Positions 18,857-30,159 of a stretch of 64,000 nt of DNA are shown here, piece after piece; position 1 is the stretch's first letter; every line of letters begins with the position of its first letter. Below the pieces are notes generated by a model, which saw nothing but the letters and a program-made list of their open reading frames with translations, was not told the origin of the DNA and did no database searches. The stretch is from the NCBI GenBank assembly GCA_963798085.1, contig CAWCRS010000003.1, positions 544,001 through 608,000 on the forward strand, written 5' to 3'. Origin of the DNA: an uncultured Gemmatimonadales bacterium. Lineage in GTDB: Bacteria; Gemmatimonadota; Gemmatimonadetes; Longimicrobiales; RSA9. A program made the translations under genes and the position numbers.

Positions 18857-20185
18857 ATGGATCGGGGAAACGCCATGCTGAGGATGGGGCGGCTGTGGAG
18901 GGCCGCGCTCCTGCTGGGTTTGGCCTGGGGTTGTGGCGACGAGCCGAAAGTGACGGCGCCGGTCGAGCCGCCGATGTTCAGCGCGGTGCCGGGTGTGGTC
19001 AGCATCTCCAAGTACAACGTACTGCCTCGCCCGGTGCTGAAGACGCTGGGTGGCGTGGACATCTTCAATGGTGGCTACGGCTCGGCGATCGTGTCGGATC
19101 CGAGGTCGCCGGGCACGTTCTATCTGATGACGGATCGCGGGCCGAACTACGACCTGGGGCCTAACAAGGCGTTTCCCATGCCGGACTTCGCGCCGCAGAT
19201 CGGGCAGTTCCAGCTGCGCGACAATCTGCAACTGGTGCGGCGCATCGATTTCCGCCGGCCCGACGGCCACCGCATGAGCGGTCTGCCGAACCCTCCGGGC
19301 GCGGGCGGCACGGGCGAGATACCGGTGGACATCAACGGCCATCCGCTGCCCTACGATGCGCTGGGCGTGGATCCGGAGGGTCTGGCACTGCTGGCGGACG
19401 GGACGTTCTGGGTTTCGGATGAGTACGGCCCGCATCTGATCCACCTGGATTCGAACGGGCAGCAGCTGGAGCGTATCAGCCCGTTCTCTGTGGGCCGCAA
19501 GCTGCCGTCCGTGCTGGCCCTGCGGCGCCCCAACCGGGGCATGGAAGGGCTAGCGGGTTTCCCCGGCGGCCGCATCCTGATGGGCGCGATGCAGTCGCCG
19601 CTGGACAATCCGTCGAGCGCGGGCCGACGCAGCCGGAACAACCGCCTGCTGCTCTTCAACACGGTGACCGGCGCATCGAAGCAGTTCGTCTATCAGACGG
19701 ATGCGGTGGGTCTGTACATCAGCGAGATCACGGCCGTGGACGACAACTCGTACCTGGTGCTGGAGCGCGATGCGAACTTCGTCGGTGCGGGCACGGCCGT
19801 GAAGCGCATCTACAGGATCGAGCTGAGTGGAGCCACGGACGTGAGTGACCCTGCCGATGGGCCGAACGGCAAGCGGTTTGGTGGCTTGACACTCGAGCAG
19901 CTGGATGACGCGGGAATGGCCGCCAACGGCATCGTGCCGGTGAAGAAGACTCTGCTTCTGGACCTGGTGCCGCTCAGCTACCCCCACGACAAGCTGGAAG
20001 GCATTACGGTTGTGGATGACCACACCATCGCGATTTCCGACGATGATGACTTCGGTGTCACGGATGTGGCGGGTGGATTCGTGCAGAAGGTATTGCCGCT
20101 GCCGGGTGTGACCGACTTCGCCGAGGTCTGGGTGATCCGTTTCGACCAGTCGCTGCGGAGCTCCCAGCCCGGTCCAACAGGTTGA
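18857..20185 (+). CDS. Esterase-like activity of phytase family lipoprotein
   Basis: Lipobox LAWGC; TDRGPN, DPEGL, WVSDEYGP, NRGMEGL, QSPL, DKLEG, DDDFG. Confidence 0.85.
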   Translation: MDRGNAMLRMGRLWRAALLLGLAWGCGDEPKVTAPVEPPMFSAVPGVVSISKYNVLPRPVLKTLGGVDIFNGGYGSAIVSDPRSPGTFYLMTDRGPNYDLGPNKAFPMPDFAPQIGQFQLRDNLQLVRRIDFRRPDGHRMSGLPNPPGAGGTGEIPVDINGHPLPYDALGVDPEGLALLADGTFWVSDEYGPHLIHLDSNGQQLERISPFSVGRKLPSVLALRRPNRGMEGLAGFPGGRILMGAMQSPLDNPSSAGRRSRNNRLLLFNTVTGASKQFVYQTDAVGLYISEITAVDDNSYLVLERDANFVGAGTAVKRIYRIELSGATDVSDPADGPNGKRFGGLTLEQLDDAGMAANGIVPVKKTLLLDLVPLSYPHDKLEGITVVDDHTIAISDDDDFGVTDVAGGFVQKVLPLPGVTDFAEVWVIRFDQSLRSSQPGPTG

Positions 20186-20324
20186 CGCGCAGGGGCGTGC
20201 ACGCGCACGCGTAGACGCCGGCAGCAGGAATCTGAAATCCGGGCGGTGCTCCGCCGGGGCGCCGCCCGAATTCATTGTCCAGTATCCGGTAGCAGGCGAC
20301 GCTGTTGCTGGTTAGAGTCTGACC

Positions 20325-21380
<1,056 letters not shown>

Positions 21381-21390
21381 AGGAGAGTTG

Positions 21391-21414
21391 CTGGGGCTGG
21401 GGCTGGGGCTGGGG
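21391..21414 (+). repeat. (CTGGGG)x4 tandem repeat, G-quadruplex-forming motif
   Basis: ctggggctggggctggggctgggg read directly, 10 nt after the ada stop. Confidence 0.85.
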
Positions 21415-21609
21415 ACACACGGCTTGCTCGGGTTCGCGGTGCAACGACTGGGTTCGTGCAGGGTCGTGGCGCTGCCCGGTTGACAGAGCGTGCCTGTGCC
21501 TTTCTAACCGACCGTTAGAGGAAGTACGTCGCGGACCGCTGCCTGAAGACTTCGTGCGTTTGTAGCCCCCGCCCGAGCCCGGTGTTTGGCAGAAATGTGC
21601 CGGACTCAG

Positions 21610-22194
21610 CTACTCACCGTAGTGGTGACGCACGCGGATTTCCTCGGCGTTCTGCCACCAGAGGAAGCGGATCAATTCGAGCAGCTTCATGGGCCAGCCG
21701 ACCCGGCCGCCGCGGCGGCGCCGGTGGTAAATGCGCAGCTCACCGCGCTCGGTGGCGAGGGTGTGTTGGCGGCGCAGATCAACCACGGCCCGGGCTTCGG
21801 GTGGACCGGAGGTGAAGGTGACATGGCCCGGGGGACGCGCCTCAATGACGCCGTCGACGTCGTCAATGGTGAGCGGCAGCGCGGTGGTGCTGCGTCGGCG
21901 ACCTTCCGCGGGAAAGCCGTACTCGAATTGATAGTTCAGCAGGTCGGCATCGTCTTCCAGCCGCTCCAGCAGTGCTTCGGCGGCGCTGAGCAGCGGCGTA
22001 CGCGAGCGAAGCGTCCACAGCTGCGTCGGTTGACCGCGTGATAGCGAGAAGTTCTCCCACACGCCAAGCGCTGCCGTGAAGCGCGCACCCTCGGGCACGA
22101 CGGGAGACTGGATGAAGCTCAGATCCCGCGGTGGATAACAGATCGTGAGCGAGCCTTCGTCGCCCTCCAGCGTGAAGCAGAAGTCCTTTTTCAT
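21610..22194 (-). CDS. Hypothetical protein (no family recognised)
   Basis: 194-aa ORF from ATG 22194 (MKKDFCFTLEG...) with protein-like composition; fills an otherwise empty interval. Confidence 0.6.
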   Translation of the reverse strand: MKKDFCFTLEGDEGSLTICYPPRDLSFIQSPVVPEGARFTAALGVWENFSLSRGQPTQLWTLRSRTPLLSAAEALLERLEDDADLLNYQFEYGFPAEGRRRSTTALPLTIDDVDGVIEARPPGHVTFTSGPPEARAVVDLRRQHTLATERGELRIYHRRRRGGRVGWPMKLLELIRFLWWQNAEEIRVRHHYGE

Positions 22195-22634
22195 TTGCGG
22201 AAATATCGAATCCAGCACCCGGTTGCCGGCGGGACGAGCCTGAGGCGGTCGGACCCTGCGCTGCGGGCGGGCTCAACCTATCCCGCAGGGCTGTCAGGCA
22301 ACAACCGTCCTTCAGGGAAGCAGTATCGCGCGCGCGAGGGTGAAACCTGACCAGCGCGCTCCCGGCGCCGGGCCGGTGCCGGGCGGGCGCTGCGCTTCAT
22401 GGGACACCGCGAACGGCCTCGAAGGTGGCGCCTGCCGTTGCTGCGAGGGGCGCATGGGCCTATCGTATCCGGTCCTGTGTGCAGAGTCCTGTCTCGCCCG
22501 CGCCCGCGTCGCTCGCGACGAACCCAGTGGCCCGTCATGGACCGCCACGACCCCCGCACGACGTCCTGCGCAACCTGCGCCTCGCCCTTCCTCGACGGGA
22601 GAGGCTACGAATGCATGATCGGAGGAGACCACCA

Positions 22635-25600
22635 ATGAACCGGAACCGGCGCTGCAGCCTGTTGATGCCTGTGCTCGCCCTGCTCTGCGCCAGCAGCGCA
22701 CAAGCACAGCGGGGTGGCTTCAATGCGAACCAGAATCGCCCACCCGACCCACTTCGCTTCCAGTTCCTGGGGCCCGCGGCCGGCGGTCGTGTCGCGTCCG
22801 TGGTCGGCATTCCCGGAGCACCCGGTACGTACTACGCGGGCGCTGCCTCGGGCGGTGTGTGGAAGTCGACGGATGCGGGCGCCAGCTGGGCGCCCGTCTT
22901 CGATGATCAGCCGGTGCAGGCGATCGGCGCGCTGGCCGTGGCGCAGTCGCAGCCGAGCACCGTCTGGGCAGGCACGGGTGAGGCGTGGGCCATCCGCGAT
23001 GCGGACATGACGGGTGACGGCATTTACAAGTCGACCGAGGACGGTGGAACGACGTGGACCAACATGGGCCTGCGCGAAACCGGCCGGATCGGCCGGATCA
23101 TCGTGCAGCCGACCAACCCGAACATCGTGTTCGTCTGCGCGCTGGGGCGGACAACCGGTCCGCAGCAGGAGCGTGGCGTCTACCGGACGACGGACGGCGG
23201 CCACAACTGGGAGCGCGTGCTGTTCGCGGATGTCAACACGGGCTGCTCGGGTCTGACGATGGACGCGAAGGATCCCAACGTCCTGGTCGCCGGCATGTGG
23301 CAGGTGGTGATGCACACGTGGGCGATGTACAGCGGCGGACCCGTGGAGCGGCATCTGGATGACGCGGGATGGCGGGACCAACTGGGCGAAGGTGCGTGAG
23401 CGCGGGTCTCCCCAAGTCGCCGGTGGGCAAGATCGACGTGGCGATCGCGCCCTCGAATTCGCGGCGCATCTACGCGCTGATCCAGACCGCGGACCAGGGG
23501 TCGCTCTGGCGATCGGACGACGGCGGCAGGCAGTGGAAGGTCGTGAGCTGGGACCGCGCGCTGATCGGCCGCGCCGGCTACTACATCAGGCTGGCGCGTA
23601 TCCAGCGCGAATGCGAACGAGGTGCTGGTGGCGAGCAGCAGCCTCCACAAGTCCACCGATGGCGGGAAGACGTTCACCAGCATGGCGGGTGCGGCGACAG
23701 CCACGACATCTGGATCGACCCGAAGGACCCCGACCACTCTCGGCCTCACGAATGATGGCGGGCTGAGCATGACCACCACGCACGGCCGCAGCTCCACCCG
23801 TGTGGAAATGCCCAACGGCGCAGAATTACCACGTCGCGATGGACAACCGCGTGCCGTACTGGGTCTACTGCAACCGGCAGGACAACGGTACGATGCGGGG
23901 GTCCCGAGCGGCGCCGGAGGTTGCCCGGCAGCGTGCGCGGCGGGGCCTGCCGCCGCGGCACGGCCGCTGTTGCGCGCGGCGGGGTGGGCGATCCGCTGCG
24001 CGGGGCGGCGGCGGTGGCGGCGGCTTCGGTGGCGGGCGGGGCGGCGGCCCGCCATGGGACCACGGACTCGGCGGCTGCGAGTCTGGCTTCACCGTCCCCG
24101 ACCCGGGCAAGCCGGACATCGTCTGGTCCACCTGCTACGGCAACAAGGTCACGCGCTACGACGCTCGCACGGCGGGCGCGGTCGAGTCAGCCCCTGGATC
24201 CACACGCTCGATTCCGCCGCCGAACGACGCGAAGTACCGCTGCCACTGGACCCCGCCGTTCGCCATCGACCCGTTCGACCACAACACGGTGTACTTCGGC
24301 TGCCAGGTCATTTTCAGCACCGCGAATGGCGGGCAGGCATGGACGCGTGATCAGCCCGGACCTCTCGACGCACGATTCCACGCGCATCGTGTCGTCGGGC
24401 GGCATCGTCGGCGACAACCTCGGCCAGTTCTACGGCGAGGTGGTGTTCGCGATCGCGCCGTCGGAACCGCAGCGCGGGCTGATCTGGGCGGGCACCAATG
24501 ACGGGCAGGTCTGGTACACGCGGACCGGCGGCGGGGAGTGGACCAACGTGACGCCGAACATCGGCGGGGATGCCGCCGTGGGGGACCGTCCGCAAGATCG
24601 AGCCGTCGCACTTCGATCCGGCGACCGCCTACGTCGCCGTGGACTTCCACATCATGGACGACCGCGAGCCCTACATCTATAAGACAACGGACTTCGGGCG
24701 GACCTGGACGCGCATCAGCGACGACGCTGCCGTCGACGCATCCGCTCGACTACGTGATGGCGGTGGCGGAGAACCCCAACCGCCGGGGCATGCTCTTCGC
24801 CGGCACCGGGCAACGCCTTCTACTACTCGATCGACGACGGCGCGCACTGGACGCAGTTCAGGGATGGCCTTCCGGCCGCGCCGGTCAGCTGGATCGATCG
24901 TCTCGAAGAACTACCACGACGTGGTCATCTCGACCTACGGCCGCGGGCTCTGGGCCTGCGCGACATCACGGCGCTCGAGCAGGCGGACGAGCGGCGCACG
25001 GCGGGTGCCGGTCTACGTCTTCGCGCCGCCGGACCGGGTTCCGCATGTCGCGGAGCGGCAGCGCCGAATTCCTGTTCGCGCTGAGGGCCTCGCCGGCGGA
25101 TTCGGTGCAGGTGGACATCCTCGACGCCGGCGGCACGGTGGTCCGCACGCATGAAAGCTCACGGCGCCAGGTCCGGCCTGAATCGCGCGACGCTGGGATC
25201 TGCGCTACGACGGCCCGACCCAGGTCGAGCTGCGCACGAATCCGCCGGACAACCCGCACATCTGGGACGAGCCGCGCTTCAGGGGCCAGACGACGCGGCC
25301 GGTGACGCACTGGGGCATCCAGGGCGCAGAGCGCGCCGGGCCGCTGGCCGCGCCGGGCAAGTACACGGTGCGCCTCACCGTCGACGGACGGCCCTACAGC
25401 AGTCCTTCAGATGTCATCAAGGATCCCGTCGATCCCGACGCCGGAGGCGGATCTGGTCGCATCGACACGGAGCCCAGGTCGAGATCCGCGACGACATGAA
25501 TCAGACCGCGGAGATGGTCAATCGCATCGAGATCATGCGTAAGCAGGTCCAGGACCAGCTCAAGGCGCCCAGGAACAAGGCGGACGTCGTGAAGGCGCTG

Positions 25601-25947
25601 CGCGACATCGATCAGAAGATGCTCGGGGTGGAGCTCCAACTCCTGTCACGGTCGGATCTGCACAGCGATGACAAGTGGTTCGTCGAGGCTACAAGGTCTA
25701 CCTCAACCTGGTCTGGCTGAACGGGCAGGTGGGGACCGGCGCAGGCGACGTGGCCGGCGGCGCCGATTACAAACCCACGGACACGCAGACGGGCGTGCTG
25801 CAGGGCATCGAAGTGGACCTGGGCAAGGCGGCCACGGATTTCCAGACGTTCATGACACGGGATCTGCCGGCTTTCAATCGCGCGATGAACGGCAAGATCC
25901 CGGCGATCACGGACAAGCTCACACCGCCGCGGACCACCACGAACTGA
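22635..25947 (+). CDS. Secreted VPS10/sortilin-like BNR (Asp-box) beta-propeller protein, multiply frameshifted
   Basis: GGAGG RBS, signal peptide ending SAQAQ; repeated Asp-boxes (KSTDAGASW, RTTDGGHNW, RSDDGGRQW, KTTDFGRTW) continue across several frames; ends ...PPRTTTN*. Confidence 0.8.
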
Positions 25948-25966
25948 CCGAGCGCTTTGCCGGAAA

Positions 25967-26002
25967 CGAAAACGGGGCGCCCGCGAGGACGTCCCGTTTT
26001 CG
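25967..26002. terminator. Bidirectional intrinsic terminator
   Basis: CGAAAACGGG...CCCGTTTTCG hairpin between convergent genes. Confidence 0.8.
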
Positions 26003-26044
26003 CATCCTGACCCTCGGTCCGCGCCGCGGCCGATCAGACGCGAC

Positions 26045-26587
26045 TCAGGCCGCAGCCTGTGCCGCGGTGGCCACCAGCTCCACCTCGATCGTGATCCTGA
26101 CTTCCTCGCTCACGGCCAGGCCACCTGCTTCCAGCAACTGGTTCCAGGTGAGTCCGAAATCGCGGCGGTCAATGCGTGCCGACGCGGAGAATGCCGAGCG
26201 ATCGTTGCCCCACGGATCGCGGCCCTCGCCCTCAGGCTGAACGTCGAGCACCACTTCCCGGGTGATGCCATGCAGCGTCAGATCACCGATCACGCGGAAG
26301 CCGTGCTTCGCCGGTTCCACGCGCCGGCTCAGGAACGTCATTTTCGGGTACTTCTCCACGTCGAAGAAGTCAGCCGAACGCAGGTGGTTGTCCCGTTGCT
26401 CGACGCCAGTGTCAATGCTGGCCAGGTCGACCGTCACGTCAATGCGGGCGGCGGCGGGGTCGTCGTTCTCGAAGACGACGGAGCCCTCCACGTTGGTGAA
26501 GCGGCCGCGCACGGTGGAGATCATGAGGTGTCGGATGCCGAAGCCGACCTGGCTGTGCGAGGGGTCGATGGACCAGGAGCGAGTCAT
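26045..26587 (-). CDS. yceI: YceI family polyisoprenoid-binding protein
   Basis: WSIDPSHS, VRGRF, RDNHLRSADFFD, GDLTLHG, DPWG, RRDFGL. Confidence 0.93.
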   Translation of the reverse strand: MTRSWSIDPSHSQVGFGIRHLMISTVRGRFTNVEGSVVFENDDPAAARIDVTVDLASIDTGVEQRDNHLRSADFFDVEKYPKMTFLSRRVEPAKHGFRVIGDLTLHGITREVVLDVQPEGEGRDPWGNDRSAFSASARIDRRDFGLTWNQLLEAGGLAVSEEVRITIEVELVATAAQAAA

Positions 26588-26643
26588 GGAGCCTCCGTTG
26601 GAGAGTTGATTATCATTTGCGAGTAGCTTATTTTTCGTGTGTT

Positions 26644-26672
26644 ACTTTAAACACGTAGAACGGCCTTGTCAA
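26644..26672 (-). promoter_or_regulatory. Sigma70 promoter for yceI in AT-rich divergent spacer
   Basis: TTGACA (26672-26667), 17-nt spacer, TAAAGT (26649-26644). Confidence 0.65.
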
Positions 26673-26700
26673 GAGGCACTCGAAATTGAGGATTGTCCGT

Positions 26701-27055
26701 ATGACCGAACGCGCCACCCTCTGCCCACGATTCCACCTGGCGATCGAGAATGATCGGGCGCCGCTGGACGGGCGCGATCCTGCACACCCTGCTGCAGGGG
26801 AAGACGCGCTACGCGGAGCTTCGGGCCGTGATTCCCGAGATCAGCGACCGCATGCTTTCGGAGCGGCTGCGGGAACTGGAGCATGAGGAAATCGTACTGC
26901 GGATCGTGACGCCCGAAACGCCGGTCCGCGTTGATTATGAGCTGACGGACAAGGGCCGCGCGCTGAACGCCGCGCTCAATGCGGTGGCGTCATGGGCGGA
27001 AGCCTGGCTGCCGGTGCCCGAGCCGGCGCCGGTTCGGAAGCGGCGCAGCGCCTGA
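26701..27055 (+). CDS. HxlR-family winged-helix regulator (1-nt frameshift at ~26750)
   Basis: MTERATLCPRFHLAIE joins MIGRRWTG...ISDRMLSERLRELE...VDYELT after removal of one A; N-terminal CP motif. Confidence 0.9.
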
Positions 27056-27143
27056 CCGCTTCCTGTCCGTGCCCGGGCGCCTTGCCGGCGGGTGCCTCTC
27101 CTTACCGACTAGCCGCTCTTCCTGCGCTGGTGCCTCTCCCTTC

Positions 27144-28664
27144 GTGAATACGGATCGCAGGCGACGTTTCCCTGTCCAGTTCCTCGCCTTATTCAGCCTT
27201 CTGGCCGCTGCATGTCCCCAGGGGGACAGGCCGGTACTGGCCACACAGGAGTCCAACCGGCGGGCCCGCGGAGTGGTCGCTGCGGCGCAGTGGGCGCACG
27301 GCGCGAGAATGGCGTGGCTGCGGGAGGGCGCGTGGGTGCTCGAAGCGGAAGGCGAGGCGTACTGGCGGCACCAGTCGCCGGAGGCGGCCGGGCCGTATCC
27401 GGCCATGCCATACCATTCGCGGTTGGTCTTCGACGGCAGCAGCGAGCGTGCCGTGCTGGAGGTGGAAGACGCGTATGCGGGTGGGTTTCGCGAGCACATC
27501 CTGCACGCGCGTTCGGGAACGGGCGGCTTCGATGCGGATCTGCTGCACGGCACGGTGGAAGCGGTTGGACCGGGCAGGCTGGATGATCTGCGGCCTGCCC
27601 TGGAGCGAGCGCCGCATCGTGTGCTGGAGGGCGTGCTGGAGCAGCCGGAAGCGCTGCGCTGGGCAGGGCAGCAGGAGTTCGAGGATCATCGACAGAGCGT
27701 GGTTTCCGGCCTGCTCGGCTCGAGGCGTGTGACCCTGTGGATCGACGCGCAATCCGCGCTGCTGAGCAAGGTGGAGCAGGTAACCGAAGACCCGTTCGAA
27801 GGTGATGTGCTGGAAGAGCGCATCTACTCCGATTATGCAGCGGTCGACAGTGTTTCTCTGCCGCAGCGCTGGCGGGAGCGTATCGCAGGTTCACTGGAAC
27901 TGGATCTGCGCCTGCGGCTGGCGGCTGTGCAGGCGAGCGCGACTGACAGCCTGTTTGTGAGACCGGCAGGTCTGAGACCGTCGGCGCACGACTGGCCCGA
28001 GCGGCTGACGCAGGCGGCACCCGGCGTCTGGTTCTACGAAGGCGCCGCTCCTTCCTGCAACATCCTGTTTGTAGAGCTGGGCGGCAATGTGCTGGTTGTG
28101 GATGCGCCGCCGGGCGCGGCCACGGCCGAGCGGGTGCTGGCGCGTGTGGCGCAAGCGTTACCCGGGCGGCACGTGCGCTGGGTGGCCGTGACCCACCACC
28201 ACGACGATCATGCGGGCGGTCTGCGGCCCTGGGTCGCGAGCGGCGTGACGGTGCTGACCACGCCCGGCAATGTCGCCTTGTTCGAGGGAATGGCGAGGGC
28301 GAGCTTCACACTGGAGCGTGACCGGCTTGCGCGTGAGCCACGACCCATTCGGATCGAGACGGTGGAGCAAAGGCGCACGCTGCAAGGCGGCGGACGCACG
28401 GTCGAGTTGATCGACATCGGGCCTGCACCGCACGCGCAGGAGATGCTGGTGGCATGGCTGCCGGACAGCGGCATCCTGTTTCAGGCGGACCAGATGAACG
28501 CCACCAGCGACGGCGGGTTGCAGGCGGCGAATGAGAGCACGCAGTTCTTCGCGACCTGGTTGAAGGCATCGGGTCTGCCGGTGCGCACGATTCTCGGCGC
28601 ACACTCGCCGGGGCGGACACCTGCGGACCTGGACCGGGCCCTGGCAATGGCTCCTGCGCGCTGA
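27144..28664 (+). CDS. MBL-fold metallo-hydrolase lipoprotein
   Basis: Lipobox-like LAAAC; THHHDDHAGG, PHA, FQAD, GAH motifs. Start uncertain (GTG 27144). Confidence 0.82.
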   Translation: MNTDRRRRFPVQFLALFSLLAAACPQGDRPVLATQESNRRARGVVAAAQWAHGARMAWLREGAWVLEAEGEAYWRHQSPEAAGPYPAMPYHSRLVFDGSSERAVLEVEDAYAGGFREHILHARSGTGGFDADLLHGTVEAVGPGRLDDLRPALERAPHRVLEGVLEQPEALRWAGQQEFEDHRQSVVSGLLGSRRVTLWIDAQSALLSKVEQVTEDPFEGDVLEERIYSDYAAVDSVSLPQRWRERIAGSLELDLRLRLAAVQASATDSLFVRPAGLRPSAHDWPERLTQAAPGVWFYEGAAPSCNILFVELGGNVLVVDAPPGAATAERVLARVAQALPGRHVRWVAVTHHHDDHAGGLRPWVASGVTVLTTPGNVALFEGMARASFTLERDRLAREPRPIRIETVEQRRTLQGGGRTVELIDIGPAPHAQEMLVAWLPDSGILFQADQMNATSDGGLQAANESTQFFATWLKASGLPVRTILGAHSPGRTPADLDRALAMAPAR

Positions 28665-28788
28665 GGTCCTGGTGGCGGGGACGGATCCCGGTGCGCGCGG
28701 GGCTCGTAAGGGTATCAGCATCGGGTCGCCGCCCCGCGCGGTTACTGTTGGGGGACCGGGCGGCAACAAGCAGGACGGCCCCGATGCC

Positions 28789-30153
28789 ATGGCCGTGAAG
28801 CGCGGGCAGGGGCCACAACCGTTGGAAGCGATGGCCACGAGTCTGGAGACGCGCAGCGAGGCGCTCGAGCCGCAGGCGGTGAAAGCGCCGCCCTCGGTAC
28901 CGGTGACGTCGGGGAAGATCGACGACGCCACGCGGCAGCGGCAGCTCTCGCGCATGAAGAGTCGCGCAACGGGCCTGCTGGCGTTCTGTGGCGTGCTTTT
29001 CGTGATCGCTCGCATCTTCGAGAGCCGCTACCCGTGGCTCGGCTACGTGCGTGCCACAGCTGAGGCCTCTCTCGTGGGTGGACTGGCGGACTGGTTCGCG
29101 GTGACCGCGCTGTTCCGCCACCCGCTGGGAATTCCGATTCCGCACACGGCGATCATTCCCGCACGCAAGGACCGCATTGGGCGCAGCCTGGGCGGTTTCG
29201 TGCAGAACAACTTCCTGTCGCGCGAGGTGATCGCCAGCCGCATTGCCGGTCTGCACCCGACGGAGCGCCTGGCGCGCTGGCTGAGTGTGCCCGAGAACAG
29301 TGCCAAGCTGGCGCGGCACGTGGCCGCCGGGTTGGCGGAGGGTGCGCAGGTACTGCGCGACGAGGACGTGCAGTCCATGATCGAGCGCGGGCTGGTGGAG
29401 CGGGTACGCCAGATTCCGGTGGCGCCGGTGGTAGGCAATGTGCTGGCGATGCTGACGGCGGATCAGCGGCACCAGCAGCTGCTGGATGAAGTGCTGCGGC
29501 TGGCCGCGCGCGCAGTCACTGACAACGAGGAAGTGATCCGGGACCGCATTCGCAAGGAAAGCCCGTGGTGGCTGCCCGAAGCAGTGGATGACAAGATCCA
29601 CGAGAAGATCGTGGGCGCGATCGAGCGCACGCTGATCGAAGTGAGCATGAATCCGGATCACGTCCTGCGCAGTCGCTTCGACGATGCGCTGCACAACTTC
29701 ATCGACAACCTCAAGAAGTCACCGGAGGCGAGGGCGCGGGCGGAGGCGATCAAGGAAGCGGTGCTGGCGCACCCTGCCCTGCAGGAATTTGCCGGCTCCA
29801 TCTGGAGCGATGTCAAGGACGCGCTGCTGCGGCGCGCCGAGCGTCCGGAGCGTGAGGGACCGGACGCGATCGAGCGCGGCCTCGTCCGCCTGGGCAACGC
29901 GGTGCTGGCGGATCCGGCACTGGTGGAGCGAATCGACTCCTGGATTCTCGACGGCGTCGTGTACGCGGTGGATCAGTACCGCAGCGAAGCAGGGCAGCTG
30001 ATCGCGGATACAGTGGGCCGCTGGGACCCGGACGCCACCTCGCGCAAGATCGAGCTGCAGGTCGGCAAGGACCTGCAGTTCATCCGCATCAACGGCACGC
30101 TGGTGGGCGGGCTGGTGGGCCTGCTGCTCTACATCATCATGCAACTCACCTGA
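28789..30153 (+). CDS. DUF445 family membrane protein
   Basis: EASLVGGLADWFAVTALFRHP..IPIPHTAIIP; VGKDLQFIRINGTLVGG. Start uncertain. Confidence 0.92.
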   Translation: MAVKRGQGPQPLEAMATSLETRSEALEPQAVKAPPSVPVTSGKIDDATRQRQLSRMKSRATGLLAFCGVLFVIARIFESRYPWLGYVRATAEASLVGGLADWFAVTALFRHPLGIPIPHTAIIPARKDRIGRSLGGFVQNNFLSREVIASRIAGLHPTERLARWLSVPENSAKLARHVAAGLAEGAQVLRDEDVQSMIERGLVERVRQIPVAPVVGNVLAMLTADQRHQQLLDEVLRLAARAVTDNEEVIRDRIRKESPWWLPEAVDDKIHEKIVGAIERTLIEVSMNPDHVLRSRFDDALHNFIDNLKKSPEARARAEAIKEAVLAHPALQEFAGSIWSDVKDALLRRAERPEREGPDAIERGLVRLGNAVLADPALVERIDSWILDGVVYAVDQYRSEAGQLIADTVGRWDPDATSRKIELQVGKDLQFIRINGTLVGGLVGLLLYIIMQLT

Positions 30154-30159
30154 CTCGCC

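Noticed and set aside
23990..24050. GGC-rich repeat tracts here and at ~45150-45205
   Set aside because: They encode Gly-rich linkers inside secreted proteins and are not independent repeat elements.
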